A stretch of 64,000 nucleotides of DNA, from assembly GCF_004010195.1 (NCBI RefSeq), contig NC_057719.1:23439217-23503216 (forward strand), given 5' to 3'. The stretch comes from Chiloscyllium plagiosum (taxonomy: Eukaryota). The translations under genes and the position numbers were made by a program. This document shows, piece after piece, positions 63,622-64,000 of this stretch (its first letter is position 1; the number at the start of each line of letters is the position of its first letter). The notes under the pieces are model-generated. The model searched no databases and had not been told where the DNA came from. It worked only from the letters and a program-made list of their open reading frames with translations.

Positions 63622-64000
63622 GGTTGTTTTCCCTGGAGGGTCAAAAGCTGAGGGGTGACCTCATAGAGGTGTATAAAATTATGAGGGGCATGAATAGGAT
63701 AAATAGACAAAGTCTTTTCCCTGGGGTGGGGGAGTCCAGAACTAGAGGGCATAGGTTTAGGGTGAGAGGGGAAAGATATAAAAGGGACCTAAGGGGCAAC
63801 TTTTTCTTGCAGAGGGTGGTACATGTATGGAATGAGCTGCCAGAGGATGTGGTGGAGGGCTGGCACAATTACAACATTTAAAAGGCATCTGGGTGGGATA
63901 CGAATAGGAAGGGTTTAGAGGGATATAGGCCAAGTGCTGGAAAATGGGACTACATTAGGTTGGGATATCTGGTCGACATGGACGAGTTGGACTGAATGGT
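63622..64000 (+). mobile_element. CR1 3' fragment running off the window end
   Basis: FSLEGQKLRGDLIEVYKIMRG..TRGHRF..FFLQRVVHVWNELP. Confidence 0.93.

Noticed and set aside
1..64000. CRISPR array, operon or other prokaryotic system
   Set aside because: No regularly spaced repeat-spacer array or gene-dense region; the sequence is vertebrate repeat-rich DNA.

Overview
Eukaryotic, repeat-dominated genomic DNA from an elasmobranch (shark or ray; inferred from many HE1 V-SINEs and CR1/HER1 LINEs that share a 3' tail). I find no intact host gene, RNA gene or CRISPR array. Mobile content: a decayed Gypsy LTR element with integrase upstream of RT (Gmr1-type order) plus its PPT and 3' LTR (1-2958); a 5'-truncated CR1 with a 447-aa open RT frame (5345-8442); two abutting Tx1-type LINE copies (11178-15803); two decayed Harbinger-type elements with Myb/SANT genes; a second, much older Gypsy relic; Penelope-derived fragments with hammerhead-like motifs, one a near-perfect hairpin; two Tigger-like MITEs; and many SINE/LINE fragments. 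The most interesting non-TE signal is a chain of decayed, coding-like segments on the minus strand (about 61700 to 47757). In order they suggest an EF-hand-like N-terminus, a coiled coil, a large disordered exon, and a C-terminal transmembrane helix with a short tail, i.e. a possible KASH5/LRMP(IRAG2)-like pseudogene; this is inference and needs a homology search. There is also a clear local templated inverted insertion (30519-31583). Boundaries of old repeats are approximate.
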